Source of the DNA: Candidatus Omnitrophota bacterium
Lineage (GTDB): Bacteria > Omnitrophota > Gorgyraeia > Aquiviventales > Aquiviventaceae
Assembly (NCBI GenBank): GCA_016193195.1
Contig: JACPSQ010000086.1
Span: 17,299 to 81,298 of the forward strand
Direction of reading: 5' to 3'
Length of the DNA stretch: 64,000 bases
Position 1 is the first letter of the stretch. The number at the start of each line of letters is the position of its first letter. Under the pieces are notes generated by a model. It was not told where the DNA came from. It saw only the letters and a program-made list of their open reading frames with translations, and did no database searches. Positions 1-9,041 of this stretch are shown piece by piece. Position numbers and translations under genes: made by a program.

Positions 1-115
1 CGCTGCGATACGGTCTCGAGTGATGATCTCACCAGCTCTGTCCATGCCCGTTCACTCGCGCTCTCCCACGCTTCGTGGTCTCATACGCACCCCCAGATGA
101 CGACGAGCCTCGTCC

Positions 116-1882
116 TTGTCGATGACCCGGCAACGTCGTGAGTGGTTGAGCGCGCTGGCGCTCGGCCTGTGGCTCAGCGTTGCCTTGGTGTGGCCGGCGG
201 CGATGATGCCACTGGGAAGAACTCAGCTGCTCTGGCAGCCGCTCCTGGTGATCAGTTTGCTGGTGATGACCTTGAGGCGCGCGCGTCGGATCGGCTGGAA
301 AGCCACCGTCGGCCAATCCCTGCTGCTCTACGTGGTCATGACCCTCGCCGGATGGCTGCCATCGCTTCGGACCATTCTCTCCACGCCGGAATTCCATTAT
401 CCGTCGGCGTATCGATATTACCTCGCCCTCTACGAGACTGGGCTGGCCGCCCTGGTGGGGTTCCTAGCCGGTCGCGCAGCGCTTGGCCGCGACACGTCCT
501 GGTGGCCCGCGGGCCCGTGGAGCCGACCGCTCGTTGTCGCGCCGCTAGTGTTGATGGGGCGGGCGCTGTGGTTCGGCCACTGGCTCAGTCCCTTAATCGG
601 TCTCATGATCGGGCTGGCCGTGGCGGCGCGTCGGCCAGGGCGGCCTGTAAGCGCCGTCTCATCAGAGGCGGTCTGGAAGTCGGTGCCGGCGGGGCTGGTC
701 GTCTTCGCCCTCCTGGCCGTGTGGGCATCCGGAATGTGGTTCTACCTGCAGTTGGGGTTGGAGTTCCCGCAGAATAGCGATGATGGACCGGGTTACTATC
801 GCATCGCCAACGAGATTGCGACGGATCCCAGACGCATCTGGACTCCGCCTGCCATCGAGGACAATATGTTCACGGGCTACCTCGTCCTCATGGGCCTCTG
901 GTTTCGGCTGGTCGGTCCCCACATTCCCCTCTGGTTGATCTGGCAGGGCTTGGCGGCTGGGCTGTTGGCGGTGATGGTGTACCGCCTGGGTCAGGTGGTC
1001 GGCAGTCGGGCCGTCGGGGCCATCGCGGCCATCTTGGTGGTGCTGGATCATGTCATACTCCACCTGATGGCGACCCTGAATATGGAGGTCTTTTTTATCC
1101 CGACCCTCTATGCGGCCCTGTACCTGTGGGCGTCGGTGGACGCCCAGCACCCTGGCCACCTCAGGCGCTGCTTTCTCGCCGGCCTCGTGATGGGAGTGGC
1201 GATGCTCTTTCGCCCTACCACGCTGGTGTTGCCGTTTGCCCTCATCGCCCTGCTGTGCTGCGAACGGCCCAGGCCGTCTGTCCGTCAGATGCGGGCCCAG
1301 GGCCTGCGGCTGTTGACGGGATTCGCGCTGCCGCTGGCGGTGCTGCTGGTGCGCCATCGGCTGGCCTGGGGATGGTGGACGCTCGGGGGCGCGAAGACCA
1401 TTGCCACATCCTGGCGCTGGAATTACGCGTGGAAGATTCAGGGCCAGCATCCTGTGGACATCGGCTTGGGCCCGTGGCTGAAGCTGTTCACCGAGGATCC
1501 CTCGGTGCTCTGGCGCGAGATGATTCCGAACTGGTGGGCGTTCATCCTGCAGTTGTGGACCCATCAAGGGTTCGGCCAGATGGACTTCGTGCGGGGGCTC
1601 AATTATCCAGGGTTCTACCAGGCGGCGCTCAGTGTCATCTTGGCGCTCGGCGTGATCGTCGGGATCGGTGCTGCGGTCCGCAGGCGGGCCAGGCAAGATC
1701 TGGTGACGCTCTTGCTCCCGGCGTACTGTACGATGTTGGCCATCATGTTTTGGGTCGCGAACACCCGGTACCGCGCTCCCCTCATTCCCGCGCTGTATCT
1801 GCTCTGTTGCGCCGGTTTTTCCGCCATCGCTCGCGCCATCCGCTCTCGAGCCAAGGAACCCAGGGTCCTCGTATCCCCCTAG
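116..1882 (+). CDS. Multi-pass membrane GT-C-fold glycosyltransferase (PMT_2 / ArnT-like, GT39/GT83-type)
   Basis: 588 aa with many hydrophobic helices through about residue 400 and a C-terminal soluble part. The overall architecture resembles dolichyl/undecaprenyl-phosphate-sugar-dependent GT-C transferases. The first codon at 116 is TTG; the first ATG is at 122. Confidence 0.5.
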   Translation: MSMTRQRREWLSALALGLWLSVALVWPAAMMPLGRTQLLWQPLLVISLLVMTLRRARRIGWKATVGQSLLLYVVMTLAGWLPSLRTILSTPEFHYPSAYRYYLALYETGLAALVGFLAGRAALGRDTSWWPAGPWSRPLVVAPLVLMGRALWFGHWLSPLIGLMIGLAVAARRPGRPVSAVSSEAVWKSVPAGLVVFALLAVWASGMWFYLQLGLEFPQNSDDGPGYYRIANEIATDPRRIWTPPAIEDNMFTGYLVLMGLWFRLVGPHIPLWLIWQGLAAGLLAVMVYRLGQVVGSRAVGAIAAILVVLDHVILHLMATLNMEVFFIPTLYAALYLWASVDAQHPGHLRRCFLAGLVMGVAMLFRPTTLVLPFALIALLCCERPRPSVRQMRAQGLRLLTGFALPLAVLLVRHRLAWGWWTLGGAKTIATSWRWNYAWKIQGQHPVDIGLGPWLKLFTEDPSVLWREMIPNWWAFILQLWTHQGFGQMDFVRGLNYPGFYQAALSVILALGVIVGIGAAVRRRARQDLVTLLLPAYCTMLAIMFWVANTRYRAPLIPALYLLCCAGFSAIARAIRSRAKEPRVLVSP

Positions 1883-1890
1883 GGCGTGGG

Positions 1891-2898
1891 ATGAAAGTCC
1901 TCGTGACAGGAGGGGCGGGGTTTATCGGCTCGCATGTGTGCGATCGGCTCCTCGCGGAGGGCCATGCGGTGCTGTGCGCGGACAATCTGATCACGGGACG
2001 CGAGGTCAACATCGCGCACTTGCGTTCCCGTCCGGCCTTTGAATGGATTCGTCATGACATCAGCAAGCCGCTGGCACTTGGCGGTTCGGTGGATTACGTG
2101 CTGCACTTCGCCTCCCCGGCCAGCCCCGTCGATTATCTCAAGTACCCGATCCAAACGCTGAAGGTTGGCTCGCTGGGGACGCTGAACGCCTTGGGCATCG
2201 CGAAGGCCAAGGGCGCGAAGTTCCTGCTCGCCTCGACGTCAGAGGTCTATGGGGATCCGCAGGTCCATCCCCAGCCGGAAACCTACTGGGGCCATGTCAA
2301 TCCTGTCGGCGTTCGAGGCTGCTACGATGAGAGCAAGCGGTTCGCGGAGGCGCTGACGATGGCGTACTATCGAGAGCACGGCCTGTCGACCCGGATCGTT
2401 CGGATCTTCAACACGTATGGACCTCGGATGCGACTGGACGACGGCCGGGCGATCCCGACCTTCGTTCGCCAGGCTCTGCAGGGCGAGCCGTTGACCGTCT
2501 TTGGCAACGGGAGCCAGACACGGTCGTTCTGCTATGTGGACGATTTGATTGAGGGCATTCGTCGCCTGATGGACCAGCCCCACCATGAACCGCTGAACCT
2601 CGGCAACGACGACGAGCACACCGTGCTGGAATTAGCGCAGAAGGTCCTGGCCTGCGTCCACAGCCCGATGAGCCGCCTTGAGTTCCGCCCCCTGCCGCAG
2701 GATGACCCCAAGCAGCGCAGGCCTGATCTGACCACCGCAAAGACGCTGCTCGGGTGGTCTGCGCGGATCACTCTCGAGGAAGGGCTTGCGAAGACGATCG
2801 CGTGGTTCCGCGAAGAGGCGGCCCGACGACCCGGCTCCGCGCCGGCGAGGACTCAAGCCGCCGGTACACCTCGAGATACCTCCGAATCCCCTCCGTGA
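1891..2898 (+). CDS. UDP-glucuronate decarboxylase (UDP-xylose synthase / ArnA C-terminal-like), extended SDR
   Basis: N-terminal [15 protein letters not shown] Rossmann motif. Downstream [12 protein letters not shown] and YDESKRFAE (YxxxK) with [10 protein letters not shown] are diagnostic of the UXS/ArnA-decarboxylase family. The ATG at 1891 lies inside the longer ORF 1126-2898. Confidence 0.8.
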   Translation: MKVLVTGGAGFIGSHVCDRLLAEGHAVLCADNLITGREVNIAHLRSRPAFEWIRHDISKPLALGGSVDYVLHFASPASPVDYLKYPIQTLKVGSLGTLNALGIAKAKGAKFLLASTSEVYGDPQVHPQPETYWGHVNPVGVRGCYDESKRFAEALTMAYYREHGLSTRIVRIFNTYGPRMRLDDGRAIPTFVRQALQGEPLTVFGNGSQTRSFCYVDDLIEGIRRLMDQPHHEPLNLGNDDEHTVLELAQKVLACVHSPMSRLEFRPLPQDDPKQRRPDLTTAKTLLGWSARITLEEGLAKTIAWFREEAARRPGSAPARTQAAGTPRDTSESPP

Positions 2899-4012
2899 GA
2901 TCGAAGTGCCGTTCCGCGACGCGGCGGCACCGCAGACGGCAGGCGGGATCCGAGAGCAGCCGCCGCACGTCCTCCACGCTGGCCTCGCAGAGGGGCGGCG
3001 TCAACGCCGGCAGCACGACTCCCACCTGATGGTCGCGGACGATCCCTCCGGAGTCTCCGATACCCTCGTTGATGACGACCGGGACTCCGGTGGCCAACAG
3101 CTCCGCGAGCTTCGTGGGAGCGGAGCCGCGCTTCGAGAAACTTGCCTGAATGAAGAACACGCCGAGATCCATCAGCCGCAGGTACGTCGGCATGGCCGCA
3201 AAGTCGGCTTGGGTCACCACGAGCTGTGCATCCGGGATGCCGGCTGCCAGCGCTTCCGTCCGCAGGCGCGCCTGATCTTCCTGCGTGACGCACAGGATGG
3301 TGACCGCCTCAAGTCGTCTGGCCAGCAGAGCGAGGTAGCGCAGGGTCGGCTCGCGGAGGTACCAGTTGCTCAGGGTCCCGACGCGGGCAGGGTCCTTCGG
3401 TCCAGGGACAAAGCGAGCCAGGTCGGCGCAGGTGGGGATGACTTCGATGATGGTCGTTGGGGGGATGGCGTACCCCAGCGAGGCAAACGCCTCCACCCCG
3501 GCCTGGGTCAACGAGACGATGGCGTCCGCCCCTTTGAAGAAGCGCCGTTCCCATCGCTTGGCCAGCCGGTAGACCGCCGAGCCTGGCCGCCAGTGTCCTG
3601 CGTCCACCTTCTCGTCTGCCCAAAACCCCCGCATGTCGAAGACCAGCTTCGTCCTGAAGAGCCGCTTCAGGCAGAGACCGACCACCGAGGCGACATATCC
3701 ACGGGTGTGGATGACGCGGATGCGGCGCCTGGCGCAGACCGCGGCTCCGATGGCGATCCCGCACAGCACATCCCACCCGGTCGCCAGGAAGGACGGCCGC
3801 TTGTGATAGCGCAGCCGGATCCATCGAATGCCGCACGCCTGCAGCCGCGCGGCCATCTCGCGCAGCTTGTCAGGCTCACGGACGTCGCGCCGCTTTTCGT
3901 AGGAGACCAGCGTCAGCTGATGCGCGAGGGCCAAGCCCGTCACGTACGTGACGACTTGGGACTGGCCCAGCGGCTCCAGGAGGCCGTCATAGGACAGATA
4001 GAGCAGTTCCAT
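2768..4012 (-). CDS. Glycosyltransferase, GT4 (GT-B fold, Glycos_transf_1)
   Basis: 414 aa. The N-terminal GT4 domain and the C-terminal [10 protein letters not shown]...GIGDSGG region are typical of retaining GT4 enzymes. Its 3' end overlaps the 3' end of the convergent UXS gene by 131 bp. Confidence 0.7.
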   Translation of the reverse strand: MELLYLSYDGLLEPLGQSQVVTYVTGLALAHQLTLVSYEKRRDVREPDKLREMAARLQACGIRWIRLRYHKRPSFLATGWDVLCGIAIGAAVCARRRIRVIHTRGYVASVVGLCLKRLFRTKLVFDMRGFWADEKVDAGHWRPGSAVYRLAKRWERRFFKGADAIVSLTQAGVEAFASLGYAIPPTTIIEVIPTCADLARFVPGPKDPARVGTLSNWYLREPTLRYLALLARRLEAVTILCVTQEDQARLRTEALAAGIPDAQLVVTQADFAAMPTYLRLMDLGVFFIQASFSKRGSAPTKLAELLATGVPVVINEGIGDSGGIVRDHQVGVVLPALTPPLCEASVEDVRRLLSDPACRLRCRRVAERHFDLTEGIRRYLEVYRRLESSPARSRVVGPPLRGTTRSSSQALPRE

Positions 4013-4865
4013 CTGGGCGCTGAACGATCGGGGCCAACAACGGGAACGTCTGCACGCGCGTGCGCAGTTCTTGAAACGGTCGGCTGCGAACCAACTCCGC
4101 GCTAAAGTCTCTCCGGAAGTTCCTCCATGCCCGTCGCATGGCGCGGCCGTTCCAGTCCAGCGAGGAGAAGGTCCGACCTCCTGCGACGCGTTCTTGTGGG
4201 ATCCGCGGGGTCTCTCGTCCCGCTGCCAGGGCCTGGACCGCCCGCACGCACAGGTCGTGGGCGTGCGTCATCACCTTCCAATGCAGCTCGGCTAAGCTCT
4301 CCTGACCGGACAGGACCGTCTGCTCGGTTGCCAGGATCGGTCCGCTATCGATGCCTGCATCGAGCCACAGGACGGTGTTGCCGATCAGGTGAAAGGCGCC
4401 TTCGGCCAGGCACCAGTTGGTGCAGTCGGGCCCTCCTTTGACATAGGGGGACAGCCCTGTATGGAGATTGATGATCCCCCCACGGCTCGCAGCCCAGTCG
4501 CGGATCGCCTGGCCGACCAGGTTCGTCCCTGAGACCAGGACCAGCTCCGGGCTGAGGCGATCCAGCCATGCCACGGTCCTGGCATCATTGATATTCGGCA
4601 CCCGTAGCATCGGCACCTCGGGGAAACGTGGCGCCAGTTCGTCAAACCGGCGCTGGACGGCATGCCACGTCTGCGCGAAGGGCCGGCCCGCCAGGCGTCC
4701 TTCGATTCGGTTCAGGAGCCGCCGGGCGTGCCGTGCGGGAGGGTGCGCGGGGATGTTACGCGACAGGACAATTCCTGCGAGCTCGCAGACCGGTCCCACC
4801 TTCCGGCACAGCGCCGCCTGGTTCGGGGCCTCGACCGTCAAGATGGCGAGCCGCATGGCGCCCAC
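3987..4865 (-). CDS. Formyltransferase (Fmt/ArnA N-terminal-like sugar N-formyltransferase)
   Basis: NLHTGLSPYVKGG...GNTVLWLDAGIDSGPILATEQ matches the Formyl_trans_N catalytic core (N-x-H ... D). A C-terminal extension is present, as in Fmt/ArnA. It overlaps the GT4 start by 26 nt. Confidence 0.65.
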   Translation of the reverse strand: MGAMRLAILTVEAPNQAALCRKVGPVCELAGIVLSRNIPAHPPARHARRLLNRIEGRLAGRPFAQTWHAVQRRFDELAPRFPEVPMLRVPNINDARTVAWLDRLSPELVLVSGTNLVGQAIRDWAASRGGIINLHTGLSPYVKGGPDCTNWCLAEGAFHLIGNTVLWLDAGIDSGPILATEQTVLSGQESLAELHWKVMTHAHDLCVRAVQALAAGRETPRIPQERVAGGRTFSSLDWNGRAMRRAWRNFRRDFSAELVRSRPFQELRTRVQTFPLLAPIVQRPDGTALSVL

Positions 4866-5836
4866 CTGGCTCGGTACCCAAGCGCCCGGAATCGCGTCTC
4901 GATTCCGGATTCGCCGTGAATCGTCAGGCGTGGATACACTCCCTCACCCCATCGGGCGAGGCGTTCCTCGACCAGCAGGATGTGCTGCACGCCGGCCTTC
5001 CGCAAGAGGGCAAGCTGCTCCGGACGGTAGCTGCTGTTCGGAAACGCGTAGATGCTCATCGGCATCTGGAGCTGTTGCGCGAAAAAGGCGCGGCAGTTGG
5101 CGAGGTCCTCAAGGAAAAATTCGTTGGTCTCGAACGCCATAGAGTCATGGGAAAAGGCATGGACGCCGATCTCATGCTCCTCGGCCGCTTGGCGCACGTC
5201 CTCCAGGCTCATCATGCGCGTCGTGTGAGCCCCTCCGTCGACTTTCGCCATGACCGCCTTGAGGGCCTCCCAGAGCGGTTCACAGGCCTGGCGAGATCGT
5301 CCTTTGAGAAACCGGGTTAACGCCAGGCCGTAACGCAACTTGTGGTCAGGGTCCTCGCCTCGCAAGCGATCGGCAAACCCTTCCACGCGGATGTCATTGA
5401 TGAGGCGCCGGGGCGCTGTGTTCAGGAAATCCGAAAGCTGGACCGTCCACGGCGGCCGCCCGCTCTGGACGCAGGCGGGGATGATGTTCTGGTTCGCCGG
5501 CAGCCCGTGCTTCTTCAGGAGCGGCATGGCGTACTCGACAAAGTCATAGTAGCCGTCGTCGAAGGAGAGGATCGCGCGTGGACGCTGGCGGTCTGGCGGC
5601 GTCCGGTCTGAGAAGGTGCTGACATGGAAGTGGCGTTTCAGGAACACCACAAGCTCCTCAAACAGCACGGGAGACAACGGAGGCCAGAATGGGTTCGGAT
5701 GCGGTGAAATCCGGTGGAGGTTCAAGACGATCAGCGGGTTCTGCCGGCCGATCCGGTGCAGCAGCCGGCCCTCCATGCCCGCGGCTGCCAGCAGCGTGAA
5801 ATACAGATGCTTCGCCCACGCTCGAGGAATGACCAT
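4838..5836 (-). CDS. Polysaccharide deacetylase family protein (NodB-type; ArnD-like deformylase/deacetylase)
   Basis: AILSFDDGYYDF is the NodB TFDDG motif. His-rich motifs lie downstream. It is the first gene of the minus-strand trio. Confidence 0.7.
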   Translation of the reverse strand: MVIPRAWAKHLYFTLLAAAGMEGRLLHRIGRQNPLIVLNLHRISPHPNPFWPPLSPVLFEELVVFLKRHFHVSTFSDRTPPDRQRPRAILSFDDGYYDFVEYAMPLLKKHGLPANQNIIPACVQSGRPPWTVQLSDFLNTAPRRLINDIRVEGFADRLRGEDPDHKLRYGLALTRFLKGRSRQACEPLWEALKAVMAKVDGGAHTTRMMSLEDVRQAAEEHEIGVHAFSHDSMAFETNEFFLEDLANCRAFFAQQLQMPMSIYAFPNSSYRPEQLALLRKAGVQHILLVEERLARWGEGVYPRLTIHGESGIETRFRALGYRARWAPCGSPS

Positions 5837-5900
5837 CCGAGGTAGTGTAGGGGATGTTCGACAACGGTGTCAAGCGATCCTCCCCCGCTGACATTTTTTG

Positions 5901-5929
5901 TTGACAAACCACCGCAAGCCATCCAAGAT
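5901..5929 (+). promoter_or_regulatory. Candidate sigma70-type promoter for the regulator and the long plus-strand array
   Basis: TTGACA at 5901-5906, a 17-nt spacer, then CAAGAT at 5924-5929. It sits about 70 nt upstream of the ATG at 6001. Confidence 0.35.
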
Positions 5930-5949
5930 GTTCATGGTTTGAACACCTT

Positions 5950-5966
5950 TGTTCACTCGGTGAACA
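5950..5966. promoter_or_regulatory. Perfect palindrome TGTTCAC-TCG-GTGAACA (candidate operator)
   Basis: A 7-3-7 perfect inverted repeat read directly from the sequence. A related half-site, TTGAACA, lies at 5938-5944. It is located between the -10 element and the regulator start codon. Confidence 0.5.
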
Positions 5967-6000
5967 GTTTGCTTTCCTACCTGACTGCTGATTCGCGCTG

Positions 6001-6693
6001 ATGGAACTGAGCACCTACCGGGATATGCACCTCCTCGATGAGGTCACCCGGAATCCCACCGTGACCCAGCGAGAGCTCGCCAAGCGCATCGGGGTCGCCT
6101 TAGGCCTGGCCAACCTGATGCTGCGCCGCCTGACCAAGAAGGGCTACATCAAAATCAGCGGCACGAAGCGCAGCCGCATCCGCTACCTCATTACCCCGCA
6201 AGGCATCCTTGAGAAATCCCGCTTGACCTACGAGTTCGTCCAATATTCCCTCCAACTCTATCATCGCGTCCGCCATTTCTGGCGCGAGCAGCTGGCGACC
6301 ATCGCCCAAACCCCCCAGCGGCGGATCCTGCTCTTCGGCGCTGGCGAGCTGGCCGAGATCGCCTTCCTGACCATTCAGGAAATGGGCTTGGACTTCGTCG
6401 GCGTCGCCCAGGAGGCGGCCGATGAACGACGGTTTCTCGGCTATCCCGTTCAGGACATCCGCACGGTGGCACCGGACCGTTACGATTGGATGCTGGTCAC
6501 GGCCTTGCAGGACGACGGGTTGTCGACTCGCTTGCAGGAGCTGGGCGTGCCGCCGGAGCAGATGATCGTGTTGACCAGGCCAGGGCAGGCCAGGCCGGCC
6601 ATCGAGCGACGCAGCATCGAACAGATGGCCGTGGCCACCACGGCGCCCGTGCCGGTGCCGACGGCTCCCGTTGAAGCGGAGATCGCGGCATGA
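6001..6693 (+). CDS. Winged-helix transcriptional regulator with a C-terminal Rossmann-like domain
   Basis: The N-terminus TQRELAKRIGVALGLANLMLRRLTKKGYIK is an HTH. The C-terminal ILLFGAGELAEIAFL...DFVGV is a nucleotide-binding-like domain. It is the first gene of the plus-strand array. Confidence 0.55.
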   Translation: MELSTYRDMHLLDEVTRNPTVTQRELAKRIGVALGLANLMLRRLTKKGYIKISGTKRSRIRYLITPQGILEKSRLTYEFVQYSLQLYHRVRHFWREQLATIAQTPQRRILLFGAGELAEIAFLTIQEMGLDFVGVAQEAADERRFLGYPVQDIRTVAPDRYDWMLVTALQDDGLSTRLQELGVPPEQMIVLTRPGQARPAIERRSIEQMAVATTAPVPVPTAPVEAEIAA

Positions 6694-7256
6694 AACGCGC
6701 GGTGTTTCTGGATCGGGACGGCGTGCTCAATCAGGCGGTCGTGCGGGACGGCAAGCCATACGCGCCGGCCTCCCTGGAGGAGTTGGCGATCGTGCCCGAT
6801 GCCGCGGAGGCGATCACGACCTTGCGCCAGGCGGGGTTTCTCGCCATTGTCGTGACGAACCAACCCGATGTCGGCCGCGGCCTCCAACGCCGTGAGACGG
6901 TCGAAGCGATGCATCAGCGGCTCCGCGCGCAGCTGCCCATCGATGACATCCGGGTCTGTTATCACCGGGAGGAAGACGCCTGCGCGTGCCGGAAACCGAA
7001 ACCGGGGATGCTGCGCGACGCGGCCCGTGACTGGGATGTGGACCTGAGCCGCTCGATCATGGTGGGGGACCGGTGGCGGGACATCGAGGCGGGCAAAGCG
7101 GCCGGATGCCGCACGATTTTGGTGCGGAGCCCGTGGGCGGAGCAACAGGCCCAGGCTCCCGACGCGGTCGTGGCGTCCCTGCACGAAGCCAGCCGGCTGA
7201 TCCTGTCAGCGTGGATCAGCCGCCGACCCTACGGAGCAGCGCATGCCCAGGCTTGA
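6690..7256 (+). CDS. gmhB: D-glycero-D-manno-heptose 1,7-bisphosphate phosphatase-like HAD phosphatase (GmhB family)
   Basis: AVFLDRDGVLN (DxDGT motif I), VVTNQPDVGRG, and CYHREEDACACRKPKPGML (the GmhB zinc-binding cysteine loop plus KPxPGM). Confidence 0.8.
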   Translation: MKRAVFLDRDGVLNQAVVRDGKPYAPASLEELAIVPDAAEAITTLRQAGFLAIVVTNQPDVGRGLQRRETVEAMHQRLRAQLPIDDIRVCYHREEDACACRKPKPGMLRDAARDWDVDLSRSIMVGDRWRDIEAGKAAGCRTILVRSPWAEQQAQAPDAVVASLHEASRLILSAWISRRPYGAAHAQA

Positions 7257-8007
7257 GGAGTTACGGGTCAAGATCTTTGCGGACGGGGCGGACCTTGCGA
7301 CCATCGCGGAGCTCGCCAAGCATCCCTACATCAGGGGCTTCACAACCAACCCAACCCTGATGCGCAAGGCGGGTGTGCCGGACTACCGCCGGTTTGCTCG
7401 CGAGGTGCTGACGCTGGTGCCAGATCGCCCCGTGTCGTTTGAGGTCTTCTCGGATGATTTCCCCGAGATGGAACAGCAGGCGCTGGAGATCGCCTCGTGG
7501 GGCGACAATGTCTATGTCAAGATTCCGGTGACGAATACGCGCGGGGCGTTTTCCGGCCCGCTCATTAAGCGGCTCTCCGAAGCCGGCGTCAAGCTGAACG
7601 TGACCGCCCTGCTGACGAGCGAGCAGGTGGGCCGCGTCACCGACTGTTTCTCGCCGGGGAGGAGCAGCTTTATCTCGGTGTTCGCGGGACGGATCGCCGA
7701 CACCGGCCGCGACCCCGTGTCCCTCATGGCCGAGTCGCTGCGGCTGATGGCCAGCCGCCCACAGGCCGAGCTGATCTGGGCCAGCCCCCGCGAGCTGCTC
7801 AACGTGATCCAGGCTGACGCCATCGGCTGCCACATCATCACCGCCACCAGCGACATCTTGGCCAAGCTCTCCTTGATCGGGAAGGATCTGTCGGAACTCT
7901 CGTTGGACACGGTGCGGATGTTTCGGCAGGATGCGCTCCAGGCGGGTTTTACGATTGAGCTCAGCCAGGCCGAGGCGGTCGGCTCGGCGGCCGCCGCCCC
8001 GCGATGA
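7243..8007 (+). CDS. Transaldolase / fructose-6-phosphate aldolase family protein
   Basis: KIFADGADL...GFTTNPTL, VYVKIPVT, and the NVTALLT Schiff-base-lysine region are typical of TalC/FSA-type transaldolases. Confidence 0.75.
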   Translation: MPRLEELRVKIFADGADLATIAELAKHPYIRGFTTNPTLMRKAGVPDYRRFAREVLTLVPDRPVSFEVFSDDFPEMEQQALEIASWGDNVYVKIPVTNTRGAFSGPLIKRLSEAGVKLNVTALLTSEQVGRVTDCFSPGRSSFISVFAGRIADTGRDPVSLMAESLRLMASRPQAELIWASPRELLNVIQADAIGCHIITATSDILAKLSLIGKDLSELSLDTVRMFRQDALQAGFTIELSQAEAVGSAAAAPR

Positions 8008-9041
8008 AGCCGCCGTCTCCTCGACCGGTGCTGGTGACGGGCGGCGCCGGCTATGTCGGCTGCGTGCTCGTCCGAAAGCTGCTGGAGGCCGGCTACCCGG
8101 TGACCGTGTATGACCTGATGCTCTTCGGCGATGCGGGGTTGCCCACCCACGCCGCCCTGCGCGTCGTCAAGGGAGACATCCGCGATCTTCCGACGCTTGC
8201 CGCGGCGGTGCGGGGCGCGCACAGCGTGATTCATCTGGCCTGCATTTCCAACGACCCGAGTTTCGAATTGGATCCGGTGCTGGGCAAGTCGATCAACTAC
8301 GACAGCTTTGAGCCGTTGGTGCGGACCTGTAAAGCGGGTGGTGTGCGGCGATTTATCTATGCCTCCACCAGTTCGGTCTATGGGGTCAGCGACGCCCCGG
8401 ACGTCACCGAGGAACACCCCTTGGTGCCCTTGACGGATTACAATAAGTACAAGGGCTTGTGCGAGCCGATCCTCCTGCGCTACCAGTCGCCGGACTTTAC
8501 CACGGTGATCCTTCGGCCCGCCACGGTCTGCGGCCCTTCGCCGCGGATGCGCTTTGATCTGACCGTGAATATCCTCACCAACCATGCCGTGAATCGGCGT
8601 GTCATCACCGTCTTTGGCGGGACGCAGCGACGGCCGAACATCCATATCGAGGACATCGCCGAGCTCTACGTCAAGCTGCTGGAGTACCCGGACGGCTTGA
8701 TTGCCGGGGAGACCTTCAACGCTGGCTACCAGAATCACACCGTCGGCGAATTGGCTCACCTGGTCCGCCAGGTCGTCGAACAAGAGATGCCGCAGCCGGC
8801 ACCCATTCAGATCCAGACCAGCCCAACCGACGATCTCCGTTCCTACCATGTCTCATCCAGAAAAATCGCCGAGCGGCTTGGCTATGTTCCCGCGCGGACT
8901 ATTGAGGACGCCGTTCGCGATCTCTGTCGCGCCTTCACGGCAGGCAGGTTTCCCGACAGCCTGACCGATGAGCGGTACTTCAACGTGAAAGCGGTCAAGC
9001 GGATGACGCCCACCCTGCTCATGGAGCCGGTCGGCTCTTGA
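8004..9041 (+). CDS. NAD-dependent nucleotide-sugar epimerase/dehydratase (extended SDR)
   Basis: [15 protein letters not shown] Rossmann motif, with YASTSSVYG and YNKYKGLCE (YxxxK). Confidence 0.8.
   Translation: MKPPSPRPVLVTGGAGYVGCVLVRKLLEAGYPVTVYDLMLFGDAGLPTHAALRVVKGDIRDLPTLAAAVRGAHSVIHLACISNDPSFELDPVLGKSINYDSFEPLVRTCKAGGVRRFIYASTSSVYGVSDAPDVTEEHPLVPLTDYNKYKGLCEPILLRYQSPDFTTVILRPATVCGPSPRMRFDLTVNILTNHAVNRRVITVFGGTQRRPNIHIEDIAELYVKLLEYPDGLIAGETFNAGYQNHTVGELAHLVRQVVEQEMPQPAPIQIQTSPTDDLRSYHVSSRKIAERLGYVPARTIEDAVRDLCRAFTAGRFPDSLTDERYFNVKAVKRMTPTLLMEPVGS

Noticed and set aside
29-397. 122-aa minus-strand ORF at the window start
   Set aside because: Low-complexity Arg/Gly/His-rich translation with no motif, overlapping the start of the plus-strand membrane glycosyltransferase. 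It is the typical shadow ORF of high-GC DNA.
662-1696. 344-aa minus-strand ORF antisense to the GT-C glycosyltransferase
   Set aside because: The plus-strand frame has coherent transmembrane-helix periodicity. The minus product is Arg/Pro/His-rich with no domain signature, so it is a high-GC shadow frame.
5840-5851. Partial ops/JUMPstart-like sequence GAGGTAGTGTAG
   Set aside because: It matches only the GGTAG core of the ops consensus GGCGGTAGNNTG. It also lies upstream of the candidate -35 element for the plus-strand array, so it would not be in the transcript.
7512-8849. 445-aa minus-strand ORF
   Set aside because: It is antisense to the transaldolase and SDR epimerase genes, whose motifs (GFTTNPTL, GGAGYVG, YxxxK) are unambiguous. 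No recognisable motif on the minus frame.
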